Below are positions 34,970-47,299 of a DNA stretch of 64,000 bases, piece after piece (the first letter of the stretch is position 1; each line of letters starts with the position of its first letter). The notes beneath the pieces were generated by a model, which made no database searches, was not told the origin of the DNA, and worked only from the letters and a program-made list of their open reading frames with translations. The stretch is from Mobula birostris (lineage: Eukaryota). The stretch covers positions 15,149,884-15,213,883 of the forward strand of contig NC_092371.1 of NCBI RefSeq assembly GCF_030028105.1, given 5' to 3'. A program made the translations under genes and the position numbers.

Positions 34970-37703
34970 GCTTGAAAACACTCCTGCAAAGCACAAGGCA
35001 TCATGACGCAGGACCTGGCATGCACCTAATGGTATAAATCATAGACAGATCGATTACATATTGGTGCAGAACTTGTTTCGGTCTGGGATCAAGAGAGCCA
35101 CAACAAGGACGTTCCCTGGCGCTGAGATTGGAAGTGACCATGACCTGGTGATAATGAACTTTAGAATCAGGGTGAAGAAAGTAAAGAAGCCCAAGCACAT
35201 CAGAATGAAATTCGACTTGGACAGACTGAAGGACTCCTCCGTCGATGAACTCTTCAATTTGCACCACTGCTGATGCCAATGACATACTTGGAAAGCACCG
35301 CACGAAAAGCCAACCCTGGGTAACAGAAGAGATCCTGGAAATGTGTGACACTAGATGAGATCTGAAGAAAACTAAGAACGCAACAACAAAAACGTACAGA
35401 GAGATCAGCCGGAAGATCAGAAAAACATGATCAAGACCCGGAAGAATGTATTGAGAGAGAGTATACAGAGATAGAAGGTAGCCTGAACAAGAACAACAGC
35501 AGGCCAGCATTTCAATTTGTGAAGGACCTCACGAAACAGTCAGTCACAAGTCAGCACCATTCAAGGCAAAGAAGGAAAAAGTCTCACCGAAGATGAAGTC
35601 AACTGTCCACACCAGATGGACTGAGTATTGTTCAGACCTTTACCCAAGGTGACCCCAGCGTACTCGCAAGCCAGGACTCGTCAAATGACGATGACTTTCC
35701 AGTTCTACGGGAGCCAGTAAAAACAGGGATAAAATCTCTGAAGAATGGGGAAGCTGCAGAAAGGAAATCATCCAGACTGAGCTGATAAGATGTAGAGGAC
35801 AGACAGCGATAGATATCCTCACCAATATTTTCAACAATATCTAGCACCAGGGAATGGACAAAACTCTGGAAAATGTAATTCATCATCACTCTCCACAAGA
35901 AAGGCAACTTACAGCAGAGCCACAATTATAGAACAATGATTCTTATCAGCCATGCAAGCAAGGTGATATTGAAAGTCATTTTGCACAGACTGAAAGCACG
36001 AGCAGGAGATATCATCGCTGAAGAGCGGGCTGGATTCAGAGGTGGAAGACAAATTGGAAGAATGGACAAAAAAAGTGGCAGATGGAATACAGTGTTGGAA
36101 AATGTATGATAATGCATTTTGGTAAAAGTATCAATAGTGCGGACTATTATCTGAATGGGTAGAAGGTTCAAACATCAGAGGTGCAGAATGACTTGGGAAT
36201 CCTCGGGCAAGACTTCCAGAAAGTTAATTTACAGATTGAGTCTGTGGTAAAGAAGGCAAATGTAATGTTGGCATTTATTTCAAGGAGAATAGAATATAAA
36301 AGCAAGAAGATAATGCTGAACCTTTATAAGACACTAGTCAGGCCGCACATGGATTAGTATCAACAGGTTTGGTCCTCATGTCTCAGAAAGGATGTGTTGT
36401 CATTGGAGAGAGTCCAGCAGAGGTTTACGATGATAATTCTGGGAAATGAGGGACTAACATATGAGGAGTGTCTTTCAGCTTTGGCCCTGTATTCACTGGA
36501 ATTTAGGAGGAATGCTTTTATTCAGAATACTGGAATGTTCTGCCATAGACTGCAGTGGAGGCCATGTCTGTGGGTATATTTAAGGTGAAAATTGATCCTT
36601 TCCTGATCGGTCGGCACATGAAAGGATACGGCGAGAATCCAGATACATGGGGTTGAATGGGATCCCGGATCTACCATGATGGAATGCCAGAGCAGACTTG
36701 ATGGACTGAATGGCCTAATTCTGCTCCTATATCTAATGGTCTTGTGGTCTAAGTACAACGCAACAGATATTCAAACTCCCAGTACTGTGCGACCAACATC
36801 AAGAGGATATTTCCCACGTGTTCATAGACTTTAAGAAGGCATTCAATAGAGTATGGCATGTTGCACTCTGGGCCTTGATGAAGAGATAAAACATGGGCCA
36901 AAAACTGATCCAAACCATCAGGCAGCTCTACATCAAAGCTGGCAGTACGGTACATGTTCAAGACACAGTCGGAGAATGGTTCTAAACATCAGTTGAAATT
37001 CGACAAGGCAGCCTCCTTTCACCCGCTGTTCAACATTTTCCTGGAGCAAATAATGACAGATGCCCTGGAAGACCATATCAGCACAGTCAGCATCAGAGAA
37101 CAGATTAGGTTCGCCAATAACAGTCATGCTCCGGTAGGAAAGGAGGATGAATTGGTCTGCCTTCTGATCGGTCTGCACGATACATCTAGCAGATATGGCA
37201 TGGAGATCAGACTGACAAACTGATGAGAAATAGTGAGAAGCCAATCACGACAACAATCACAGTCAGTGGTCAAGAGTTAGACACTGTCAAATGGTTCAAG
37301 TATATTGGTGCCTACGCCAACCAAGAAAGATCAAAGCCTGAAGTCCTTGCAAGGACAGCCCGAATAGCAGCAACGCTGGCTAAACTAAAACCAATCTGCG
37401 AAGACAATGGCATCGCTCTCAGATCCAAGTTGAAACTTGGGCATGACTTAAGGACTGAAGGGCGCCCATTCAGAACAGAAATGCGAAGAAATTTTTTTAG
37501 TAGAAGGTGGTGAATCTATGGAATTTGTTGCCAATGGAGGCCAAGTCATTCGGTGTATTTAAGGCAGAGATTGATAGGTATCTGAGTAGCCAGGGCATCA
37601 AAGGTTATGGTGAGAAGGCGGGGCAGTGGGGCTAAATCGGAGAATGGATCAGCTCATGATGGAATGGCGGAGCGGATTCAGAAGGCTCTTCGGCATCTCC
37701 TAT
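34970..37703 (+). mobile_element. RTE-clade LINE (end of APE, RT), interrupted by two CR1 fragments (36049-36750, ~37437-37680)
   Basis: RTFPGAEIGSDHDLVIMNF (APE), NYRTMILISHASKVILKVILHRLK, HVFIDFKKAFNRVWHVALW, HPLFNIFLEQIMTDALEDH. Confidence 0.88.
35950..37703 (+). repeat. Segmental duplication copy 2, part b
   Basis: Aligns to ~5036-6768 (gcaagcaaggtgatattg ... ggcatctcctat); homology stops at the hAT TIR at 37705. Confidence 0.85.
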
Positions 37704-37704
37704 C

Positions 37705-38920
37705 TAGCGGTCCCCAACCACCGGGCCGCGGACCGATACCAGGCAGCAAAGCATGCGCTACTGGGCCGCGAGGAAACGATATGATTTGGCGATAGGAGTC
37801 AGCTGCACCTTTCCTCATTCCTTGTCATGCCCACTGTTTAGCCATTACGGATGCGAGGTCATTACCCGCACGTCATCTATGTCAGCGCGGGAAGAAGATC
37901 AACCCCTCGAGCTTGCAAATGACGACGGGCTGAAAAGTATGTTTGACATAACATCTTTGCCGGCATTCTGAGTCAAAGTCAAGGCTAAATATCCTGAGAT
38001 AGCCACGAAAGCACTGAAAAAGCTGCTTCCATTTCCAACGTGTCGCTGCAAAGAATGCAACGAAAACCAAATTGCGGAATAGACTGGACATAAGGAACCC
38101 CCTTCGACATAAGGAACCCCCTTCGCTGACTCCCGTCACCCTTCGATGGGACCGTCTTGTTGCAGGGAAACAAGCCCAGGGCTCCCACTAATTCAGCGAA
38201 ATTGGTGTGTTGCAATGATTTTATATGTTCATACAGGGAAAATATGTGCTGTGTGTTTAATATCCAGATGTTACTTAAAATGTTATGATGCTATTGACTT
38301 ACTTATATAACCATATAACAATTACAGCACGGAAACAGGCGATCTCTGCCCTTCTAGTCCGTGACGAACGCTGCTCTCAACTAGTCCCACCGAGCTGCAC
38401 CCAGCCCATAACCCTCCATTCCTTTCCTGTCCATATACCTATCCAATTTTTCTTTAAATGATAATATCGAACCTGCCTCTACCACTTCTACTGGAAGTTC
38501 TTTCAACACTTACTTCAAGCTCTCCTGTCGTCCCCTGCTAATTGACTTATCACTATATTCATGCGAGGAAAATATACGCTGTGTGTTTAATATTAAATTC
38601 GTCAGATAAACCCTTTTATAAACGAAATTGAATGTATTAGCCACTTATCACCTATATTCCGGTCGTGATTAACACCCCCCGCCCCCAAACAGAATCGTCA
38701 GAAATGATTTGTAGAGAAAATCCGCACGTACATGCATGCGCACTGGTACCCGCGCAAGGCTTCATGATCATTGTGGTCTCTCGTGGTAAACAATGTATTT
38801 GACTGCGACTCTTGTCCGTTGGCAACCCTACACGCCCCCCCACCCCCACCGGTGGCCGGTCCGCAAGAATATTGTCAATATGAAACCGGTCCGCAGTGCA
38901 AAAAAGGTTGGGGTCCCCTG
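37705..38920 (+). mobile_element. Non-autonomous hAT (Charlie-like) element carrying a CR1 tail; no TSD
   Basis: TIRs (t)agcggtccccaacc / ggttggggtcccctg; transposase C-terminal remnant KSMFDITSLPAF*VKVKAKYPEIATKALKKLLPFPT; flanks ctcctatc/cattacat do not match. Confidence 0.88.
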
Positions 38921-38924
38921 CATT

Positions 38925-40460
38925 ACATCTACTACCCTACCTTTATCAATGCGTTTAGTCGCATCCTCAAAAAATTTAATCAGGCTCTTAAGGCACGACC
39001 TGCCTTTGGGATTCTGACTATTCCTAATCATATTATGCCTCTCCAAATGTTCATAAATCCTACCTCTCAGGATATTTTCCATCAACTTACCAACCACTGA
39101 AGTTAGACTCACTGGTCTATAATTTCCTGGGCTATCTCTACTCCCTTTCCTGAATAAGGGAACAACGTCTGCAAACTCCCAATCCTCTGGAACCTCTCCC
39201 GTCCCCATTGATGATGCAAAGGTCATTGCCAGAGGCTCAGCAATCTCCTCTCTCAGCTCCCACAGTAGCCTGGGGTACATCTCATCCGGTCCGGGAGATT
39301 TATTCAACTTGATGCTTTCCAAAAGCTCCACCACATCCTCTTTCTTAATGTCTGTATGCTCAAATCATCCTTACAATCGCCAAGATCATTTTCCATAGTG
39401 AATATTGAAGCAAAGTACAGTATTGATTAAGTATCTTTGTTATCTCTTCCGACTCCATACACACTTCTCCACTGTCACACTTGATTGGTCCTATTCTCTC
39501 ACGTATTATCCTCTTCTTCACATACTTGTAGAATGCCTTGGAGTCTTCGTTAATCCTGCTCGCCAAGACATTCTCATGGCCCCTTCTAGGGAAACTAAAA
39601 TCTCCCACCATGACAACCCTGCTATTATTACACCTTTCCAGAACCTGTCTCCCTACCTGCTCCTCTACGTCCCTGTTACTATTGGGTGGTCTAGAAACGA
39701 CACCCAGTAGAGTTATTGATTCCTTCCAGTTTCTAACTTCCGCCCACACTCTGTAGACAATCCCTCCATGACTTCCTCCTTTTCTGCAGCCGTGACAATA
39801 TCTCTGTTCAGCAGTGCCACGCCCCCACCTCTTTTTCCTCCCTCCCTGTCCTTCCTGAAACGTCTATAGCACGGCATTCTAAGTAACCATTCCTGCCCCT
39901 GAACCATCCAAGTCTCTGTAATGGCCACAACATCATAGCTCCAAGTACTGATCCACGCTCTAAGCTCATCCGTCTTGTTCATGATGCTTCTTGCATTAAA
40001 ATAAACACATCTCAAACCATCGGTCTGAACGCATCCCTTCTCAATCACCTGCCTATCCTCCCTCTCACACTGTCTCCAAGCTTCCTCTATTTGTATACCA
40101 ACAGCTCCTTCCTCCGTCTCTTCAGTTCGGTTCCCAATCGCCAGCGATTCTAGTTTAAACTCTCCGCAATAGCCTTAACAAACCTCTCTGCCAGGATATT
40201 GGTCCCTCTTAGATTCAAGTGCAACCCGTCCTTTTTGTACAGGTCAGGCCTGCCCCAAAAGAGGTCCCAATGATCCCAAAATCTGAATCCCTGCCCCCTG
40301 CTCCAAGGCCTCAGCCACGCACTTATCCTCCATCTCACTCTATTCCTATACTCACTGTTGCGTGGCACAGGCAGTAATCCCGAGATTATTACCTCCGAGG
40401 TCCTGCTTCTCAGCTTCCTTCCTATCTCCCTGTAGCCTGTTTTTAGGACCTTGCCCCTTT
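38925..40460 (-). mobile_element. CR1 with ORF1 SGNH-esterase C-terminus, EN and start of RT, internally deleted
   Basis: SEVIISGLLPVPR..KDGLHLNLRGTNILAERF (ORF1), CVYFNARSIMNKTDELRAW (EN), GNYRPVSLTSVVGKLME (RT). Confidence 0.92.
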
Positions 40461-40469
40461 TCCTATTAC

Positions 40470-41740
40470 TATAGAAACCACTCAAGCGGTTCAGAATTTT
40501 TATCAAAATGTTTAAACGAAGGAACAGGGTGAAACATCTCCGGAACTGCTGGTGATAGTCTAGTGTGTCAGAACGATGTACAGACTGTGGTGATGTTGCC
40601 AGGTTAGGTAAACAGTAGAAAGGATGGAATAAAATTTGGAAGACACGTGAGGTCATTTACTTATGTAGAAAAATTGAAAGTTGGAGTTCGAATTAATGAC
40701 AATATATTCAAACGTTTAGAAGTTAAAATGATCGCCAGGCAGTCACATTTTGTTGCGCTTTGAGTTTTGATAGGCTCCTTCTCAAAGTTACAGTCGCTTG
40801 GCGAGCAACTGTGATGTTGTGTTGCTGAGCAGTCTTGCTGTCATGTCCGAGACGTTCTTTACATACCGCAATACAATTCGCTTATTCGTCCTACGTGCAG
40901 TTTGTATATTCGGGTTTCTGACCTTAAGGCGCCTTCGGATGAAGCTTCTCGGATGACTGTCCCGTTGAAAGGTCTTGAAAAGACGGGTTTCTTCCAGTTT
41001 TGCGTCTGTGGTATTGCAATAGGACTCAATCCTCTTGAATGCAACTTTGAGAAAACCATCAAAACTCGACGTGCACCAGAATGCGACCGATAGAATAAAT
41101 GTTGTCTGCAAAAACCAGTATAGTGCCTGCAACAAGCACTACGTTAGTCAACCAGGAAGAAAACTATCGACCAGGCTACACGAGCATCAGCTAGCGATCA
41201 GAAGACACGACACACTGTCGCTCGTATCAGCTCATTCAGACAAAGAGGGACACCGTTCCAACTGGATGACAGAGTCTTGACGCAAGCAAGAACAAGAAAA
41301 GGACGAGAATTTCTCGAAGCGTGATTCTCTACAGAAGGATCCATCAACAAACACATCGACATAGATCCGGTATCTGAACCCTTGGAGAAAAATGAAACGA
41401 CGTCGTGAACAATCAAAGAATCGCCAGTATCTCGGCATCTAGACGGAGAAGCAAACACTTCCAACGGACCTCCCTTGAAGGTAGCCAACCAGAATCTTCT
41501 ACTGCTAAACTGTTCGCAGTGTGTTGAACCAGCCAAACAGGTCACGAGGTCTGATCAAGATCCATTCAGACCCCGGCGGAGTATATAAGCCGGCATTCTG
41601 AGGAGACAACACTCTCAAGTGCGCGCTTATGTTGGCTTCTCGATTGGAGCCGAAAAGTCTGTAAACATTTTTGCGAAGCTCAGCGATCAACCACACTCCC
41701 AAATAACCAACCCGAGCTACCAATATTCCGAAAGATTCAA
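40470..41740 (+). mobile_element. Penelope-like element with GIY-YIG domain, an inverted RT-thumb segment and a pLTR remnant
   Basis: Plus strand DRINVV..SACNKHYVSQPGRKLSTRLHEHQLAIRRHD...GREFLEA; minus strand ~40790-41040 KRIVLRYVKNVSDMTARLL; decayed hammerhead cttatgt-t-ggcttc-tcgatt-ggagcc-gaaa-agtc at 41626-41659. Confidence 0.8.
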
Positions 41741-41749
41741 TCGTGTTCT

Positions 41750-43480
41750 CTTATCACAGAATGTTCACAAGTGTGACAAACCGCAAATAACGCGAGAGGT
41801 TTTCTTGGCCTTTGTTTCAAGACTCTCTTGGCCTTTATTCCAAATAAGAAGAAATCTTCAAAAGGAAGAGGGACACTACTGTGGCTAACAAGTGAAGTCA
41901 GAGCCAAAGTAAAAGCAAAACAGAGGGCATACAAGGAAAAGGGAATACAAGGAAGCCAGAGCTACTGGGAAGATGGAGGATTGGGAAGGTCATCGGAAGA
42001 AAAAGATGAATTATGAGAGAAAGCTGGCGACTAATAGCAAAGTAGATCCTAAAAGCTTTTTTTAAAGTATCTTAAGGGTAAAAGAGAGTCGAGGGTAGAT
42101 ATAGGGCCAATACAAAATGACGGTGGAGATATTGTAAGGAGAGATGCAGAGATGGTAGAGGAACTGAATGCGTATTTTGCATCAGTCTTCACTATGAAAT
42201 ACATCTGCAGTACACCGGACATTCAACAGCGTCAGGGAAGTGAAGTTTTTGCAATGAAATTACGACAGAGAAGGTGCTCAGGAGGCTTAATGGTCTGTGG
42301 GTGGATAAATCTCCTGGACCTGATGGAATGCACCCTCGAGTTCTGAAGGAAGTAGCTGGAGAGATTGTGGAGGCATGAACGATGATCTTTCAAGAATATG
42401 GTATTGTACTGGATGACTAAAAAATTGCAAATCTTACTTGGCTATTTAAAAAGAGTGGGAGGCAGCAGAAAGGAAACTATAGACCTGTTAGCCTGACACC
42501 AGTGGTTGGGAAGTTGTTGGAACCAATTGTTAGAGATGAGATTACGGAGTATCTGGAGGTACATGACAAGATAGGCCAAAGCCAGCATAGCTTCTTGAAA
42601 GGAAACTCCTGCCTGACAAACCTACTGTAATTCTTTGAGGAAATTAAAGGAAATTAAATTAAATTACAAGCAGGATAGACAAAGGAGATGCAGTAGACGT
42701 GGTGTACTTGGATTTTCAGAAGGCCTTTGACAAGGTGCCGCACTTGAGGTGGCTTAGCAAGATAAGAGCCCATGGAATTACAGGGAAGTTACTAGCATGG
42801 GTGGAGCATTGGCTGGTCCGCAGAAAACAGAGAGTGCGAATAAAGGGATCCTATTCTGGCTGGCTGTCTGTTACCAGTGGAGTTCCAAAGGGGTCTGTGT
42901 TGGGACCACTGCTTTTTATGATCTATGTCAATGATTTGGACTACGGTAATTAATGGATTTGTGGCTAAATTTGCCAATGATACAAAGATAGGTGGAGGAG
43001 CAGGTACTGTTGAAGAAACAGAGAGCCTGTAGAGTGACCTAGATAGTTTAGGGGAATGAACAAAAAAACGGCAAATGAAAGGGTTACCGTATGAGGAACG
43101 TCTGGCAGCTCTTGGGCTGTATTCCCTGGAGTTCAGGAAAATGAGGGGGATCTCATAGAAACATTCCAAATGTTAAAAGGCCTGAACAGATTAGATATGG
43201 TAATTTCCCATGGTAGGGAATTCAAGGACAAGAGGGCACGACGTCAGGATTGAAGGACATCCTTTTAGAACTGAGATGCAAAGAAATTTCTTCAGTCAGA
43301 GTAAGTAAATCTGTGGAACTTGTTGCCACGAGCAGCTGTGGAGGGCAAGTCATTGGTGTATTTAAGGCAGAGATAGGCATGCTCTTGATTAGCCAAAGCA
43401 TCAAAGGGTGTGGGGTGAAAGCAGGGGAGTGGGGAACTGGAAGAATTAGATCAGCCCATTCTCCCTATCTGTCTAAGTTC
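41750..43480 (+). mobile_element. CR1 ORF2, decayed and deleted
   Basis: MVEELNAYFASVF, VYLDFQKAFDKVPH, GVPKGSVLGPLLFMIYVNDL, plus the 3' end. Confidence 0.9.
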
Positions 43481-44219
43481 TTGTCCCTGCTTCAACACTG
43501 CCTGCCGTGCCAATTATTTTCGTATTGTTCACAAACTTGGCTATAAAGCATCAATTGCATCTTCAAATCATTGATGAATAACATTAAAAGATACGGTCCC
43601 AATACCGAACCCTGCAAGTCACCAGCAGCCAACCAAACACTGCCCCCTTCATGTCCACTTTTTGCCTCCTACCAGTCACCCTGTCCCCCACATCTCCACC
43701 CCTCTCTTCGCCTAAATTCTTCACTGCAGAAGCTAGATCCACATTCTCACTGCTCTTTGGGCAAACCCCAACTTCCCCATTGGTATTGTTACACTGTGAG
43801 GGTGTTATCCCCGTAACTTGACCTTTTGCTTGATCTGCAGTTTCTTAGTCCATCCACACACTATGTTGCAAAGAACAAACAGTCTCCATCCACCACTCAC
43901 CCATGACCATTTCATCTTCCAGGAAAGACGACATTCACTTCTGTAACTTCTGCTGCTTATCTGAAGCAGGTCCCATCCAGATTGAAGTGGCGTTTATACA
44001 TTATGTCACAGATTACAAACTCTGCAAGATGTAGCTCAATGCACTCAAGTAATTCAATAGGTTTCCACTCAAAAATATTATTGGCCAATATTGTTTATTG
44101 AACAGTGATGATGTACAGAGGTATTTTGGGTTCCAAGTCCATCGCTCCCTGAAAGTGGCTGCAAAGATGGAAAATGGCCGTAAAGAAGGCATATATGATG
44201 CTTGCCTTATTAGTTAGAG

Positions 44220-45426
44220 CAGCGGTCCCCAACCACCGGGCCGCAGAGCATGCGCTACCGCGCTGCGAGGAAGCGATATGATTTGGCGACATGAGTCAGT
44301 TGCACCTTTCCTCATTCCCTGTCACAGCCACTGATCAGCCATTACGCATGCGAGGTCATGACCCGCGCGTCATCCGTGTCAGGGCGGGAAGGCGATCAAC
44401 TCCACGAGCTCGCAAGTGACGATGGGCTGAAAAGTTTGTTTGACATAACATCTCTGTTGGCACTTTAGATCAAAGTCAAGGCTAAATATCCTGAGATAGC
44501 CATGAAAGCACTGAAAACGTTGCTTCCATTTCCAACATTATTCTGTGAAGCGGAGTTTTCTGCAATGAATGCAACGAAAACTAAACTGCAGAATAGGCTG
44601 GACATCAGGAACCCCCTTCCAGTATCGCTGTCTCCCAACACCCCTCGATAGGACGGTGTTGTTGCAGGGAAATAACCCCAGGGCTCCCACTGATTCAGCG
44701 ATATTGGTGTGTTGCAATGATTTTATATATTCATACGGGGAAAATATGTGCTGTGTGTTTAATATCCAAATGTTACTTAAAATGTTATGATGCTATTGAC
44801 TTATAAGTGACCTATATAACCGTATAACAATTACAGCACGGAAACAGGCCATCTCGGCCCTTCTAGTCCGTGCCGAACGCTACTCTCACCTAGTCCCGCC
44901 GACCTGCACTGAGCCCATAACCTTCCATTCCTTTCCTGTCCATGTACCTATCCAATTTTTCTTTAACTGATCATATCGAACCTGCTTCTGCCACTTTTAC
45001 TGAAAGTTCGTTCAACACTTACTTCAAGCTCCCCTGATAATTGACTTATCATTATATTCATGCGAGGAAAATATGCGCTGTGTTTAATATTAAATTCGTT
45101 AGATAAACCCTTTTAGAAACAAAATTATAAACCCACTTATCACCTATATTCCAGTAGTGATTAACACCCACCCCCACGAACACAATCGCCAAAACGGATT
45201 TGCTGGGGTGGGGGGGGGGGGACGGGAAATCGGCAGGTCACGACGCACATGCGCATTGGTGCCCGCGCAAGACTTCATGCTCACTGTAGTCTTTTGGGTA
45301 AACAACGCATTTGACTGCTATTATTGTTCGTTGGCAACTCTACCCCCCTCCCCCAGTCGGCCGGTCCGCAAGAATATTGTCAACATTAAACCGGTCCGCA
45401 GTGCAAAAGAAGGTTGGGGACCCCTG
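44220..45426 (+). mobile_element. Non-autonomous hAT (Charlie-like) element, same family as 37705-38920, with a perfect 8-bp TSD
   Basis: TIRs cagcggtccccaacc / ggttggggacccctg; TSD agttagag at 44212-44219 and 45427-45434; inserted in a CR1. Confidence 0.93.
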
Positions 45427-45959
45427 AGTTAGAGCACTGAAGTCAAAAGTTATGTTGCAGCTTTATAAACTCTGCAATATTGTATTCAATTCTGGTTGCT
45501 CATTATAGGAAAGATACGGAGGCTTTGGAGAAGGTGCAGAAAAGGCTCACCAAGATTCTGCCTGGATTAAAGGCCTTGTGCTACAAGGTTACAGTTAGGA
45601 AAAAAAAAATAGGTGTTTTCTCTGTAGCAGAGTATGAGAGACAGAGAGAGATAACTGATAGCTATATGCTATAATTATGTGGTTCTGTCAGTGTTAGTCT
45701 TTAGTTTGTCCTATTTTCTATATCACTCCAGAGAAACATTGTATCATTTCTTAATGCATGTATGCATTTCTAAATGACAATAGAAGAGGACTGTGTGTTC
45801 TCATGATCTAATATCCTGCTAGAGACAAAGAACTCGGCATCAGTAATTTTCCTTACCATCAAAAGGGAGCAACTAATACTGAAGGGCAAAGTGGCTCCCG
45901 CAGCCTGTTTGTAGTAACAAGCTCAAGAGCTTTGGTGCCTTCCTTACACATCCCTTAGG

Positions 45960-46230
45960 AGTGAGATGACCCACAGTATCCCTTATTTCTTTTGTAACCA
46001 ATGAAGATTACAGTAGAGTAGTGGTAAGCATGATGCTATTATGGCTTGGTGTTCCGGTGTCATTTCAGGTTGTGTACATTCTCTGATATTAAATGAACCT
46101 TTGATCTGTGAGGAGTCTGTAAATCCATCCGGTAGAATGTGTGTATTTTCTCCAGCTGCTCCAGTTTCCTTCCCCAATCCAAAGATGTGCTGGTTAGCAG
46201 GTTATTGTAAATTGTCCCAATAAATAATAT
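45960..46230 (+). mobile_element. tRNA-derived V-SINE-like element
   Basis: ctccagtttccttccccaatccaaagatgtgctggttagcaggttattgtaaattgtccc matches the central domain of the copies at 52335 and 52770. Confidence 0.55.
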
Positions 46231-46869
46231 AAATAAACAACTTACACTTTTCTCTAACAATCTGGCAGGTTAAATCACAGTGCATGATGTGACTACTATG
46301 CTGAGTGTGCAGAGATTTACAAGTTTGTCTGGTCTAGAACATTTTAACTTAGGCCTGGTTTACATTGAACAGAGGGAGTCAAGGGTGATTTTATTAGAAA
46401 GATATAAAACGATAAAAGATCTCGAATAAATGAGACAGGTCTATTTCCCTTTGTAGAGGAGTGAAAAGCTGCATACTACAACTCTCAGTTGGAGACATGC
46501 CATGACCTGCTTCAGCCTATGCTGGGATTACATTGTGGAGCTTCTGTTATTCACACCAACTTAATGGGGTGCTGTGTACATACATCTACTCATGCTTCTG
46601 GACACATCTGCAGTGATGTTCCTGGAATCATCGGGTGTTTGGGGTCTTTCAACATCATACAACCTCCTCCAGGTGACCCAGCCAGGGCTGATCAGACCCC
46701 AGCTTGTGTAGATGGCTAGCTACTTATGACTAAATGGGTAAAATGGGTAAATGGTCTCCACATCTGATTCCATGAGCACACCCAAAAAAAAAAGTGATCA
46801 GGTCCAAGGTGGTCACAACATTCAAAAAAACATCTGGAAAGGTACATAGATCAGAAAGATTTAGCAACA

Positions 46870-47140
46870 TACAAGTCCATAAGACATAGGAGCAGAATTG
46901 GACCATTCAGCCCATTGATACTGCTCCACCATTCCATCATGACTGAATTATTTTCCCTCTCAACCCCACTCTCCTGTCTTCTCCTCATAACCTTTGATGC
47001 TCTGACTAATCAAGAACCTATCAACCTTGACTTTAGATATACCCAATGACTTGGTTTCCACAGCTGTCTGTGGCAATGAATTCCACAGGCTCCCCATTCT
47101 CTGGCTAAAACAATTCCTGCTCATCTTTGCTCTAATGGAC
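46870..47140 (-). mobile_element. CR1 3' end
   Basis: cataagacataggagcagaattggaccattcagcccat...gaattccacagg. Confidence 0.8.
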
Positions 47141-47299
47141 CAAACAAAGTTGAACAGGTAGAATTTTGGTCAGTGTGGACATTGGGCTTGGAAACTATTT
47201 GCTGTAGGGTAGGAAGAGACTGTGGAGAATTATGCCCTAAGAGTACAAAGCAGAAACTACACCCAGAACTTAAACCCAGTTAGAAGTACAGGGTGTTCT

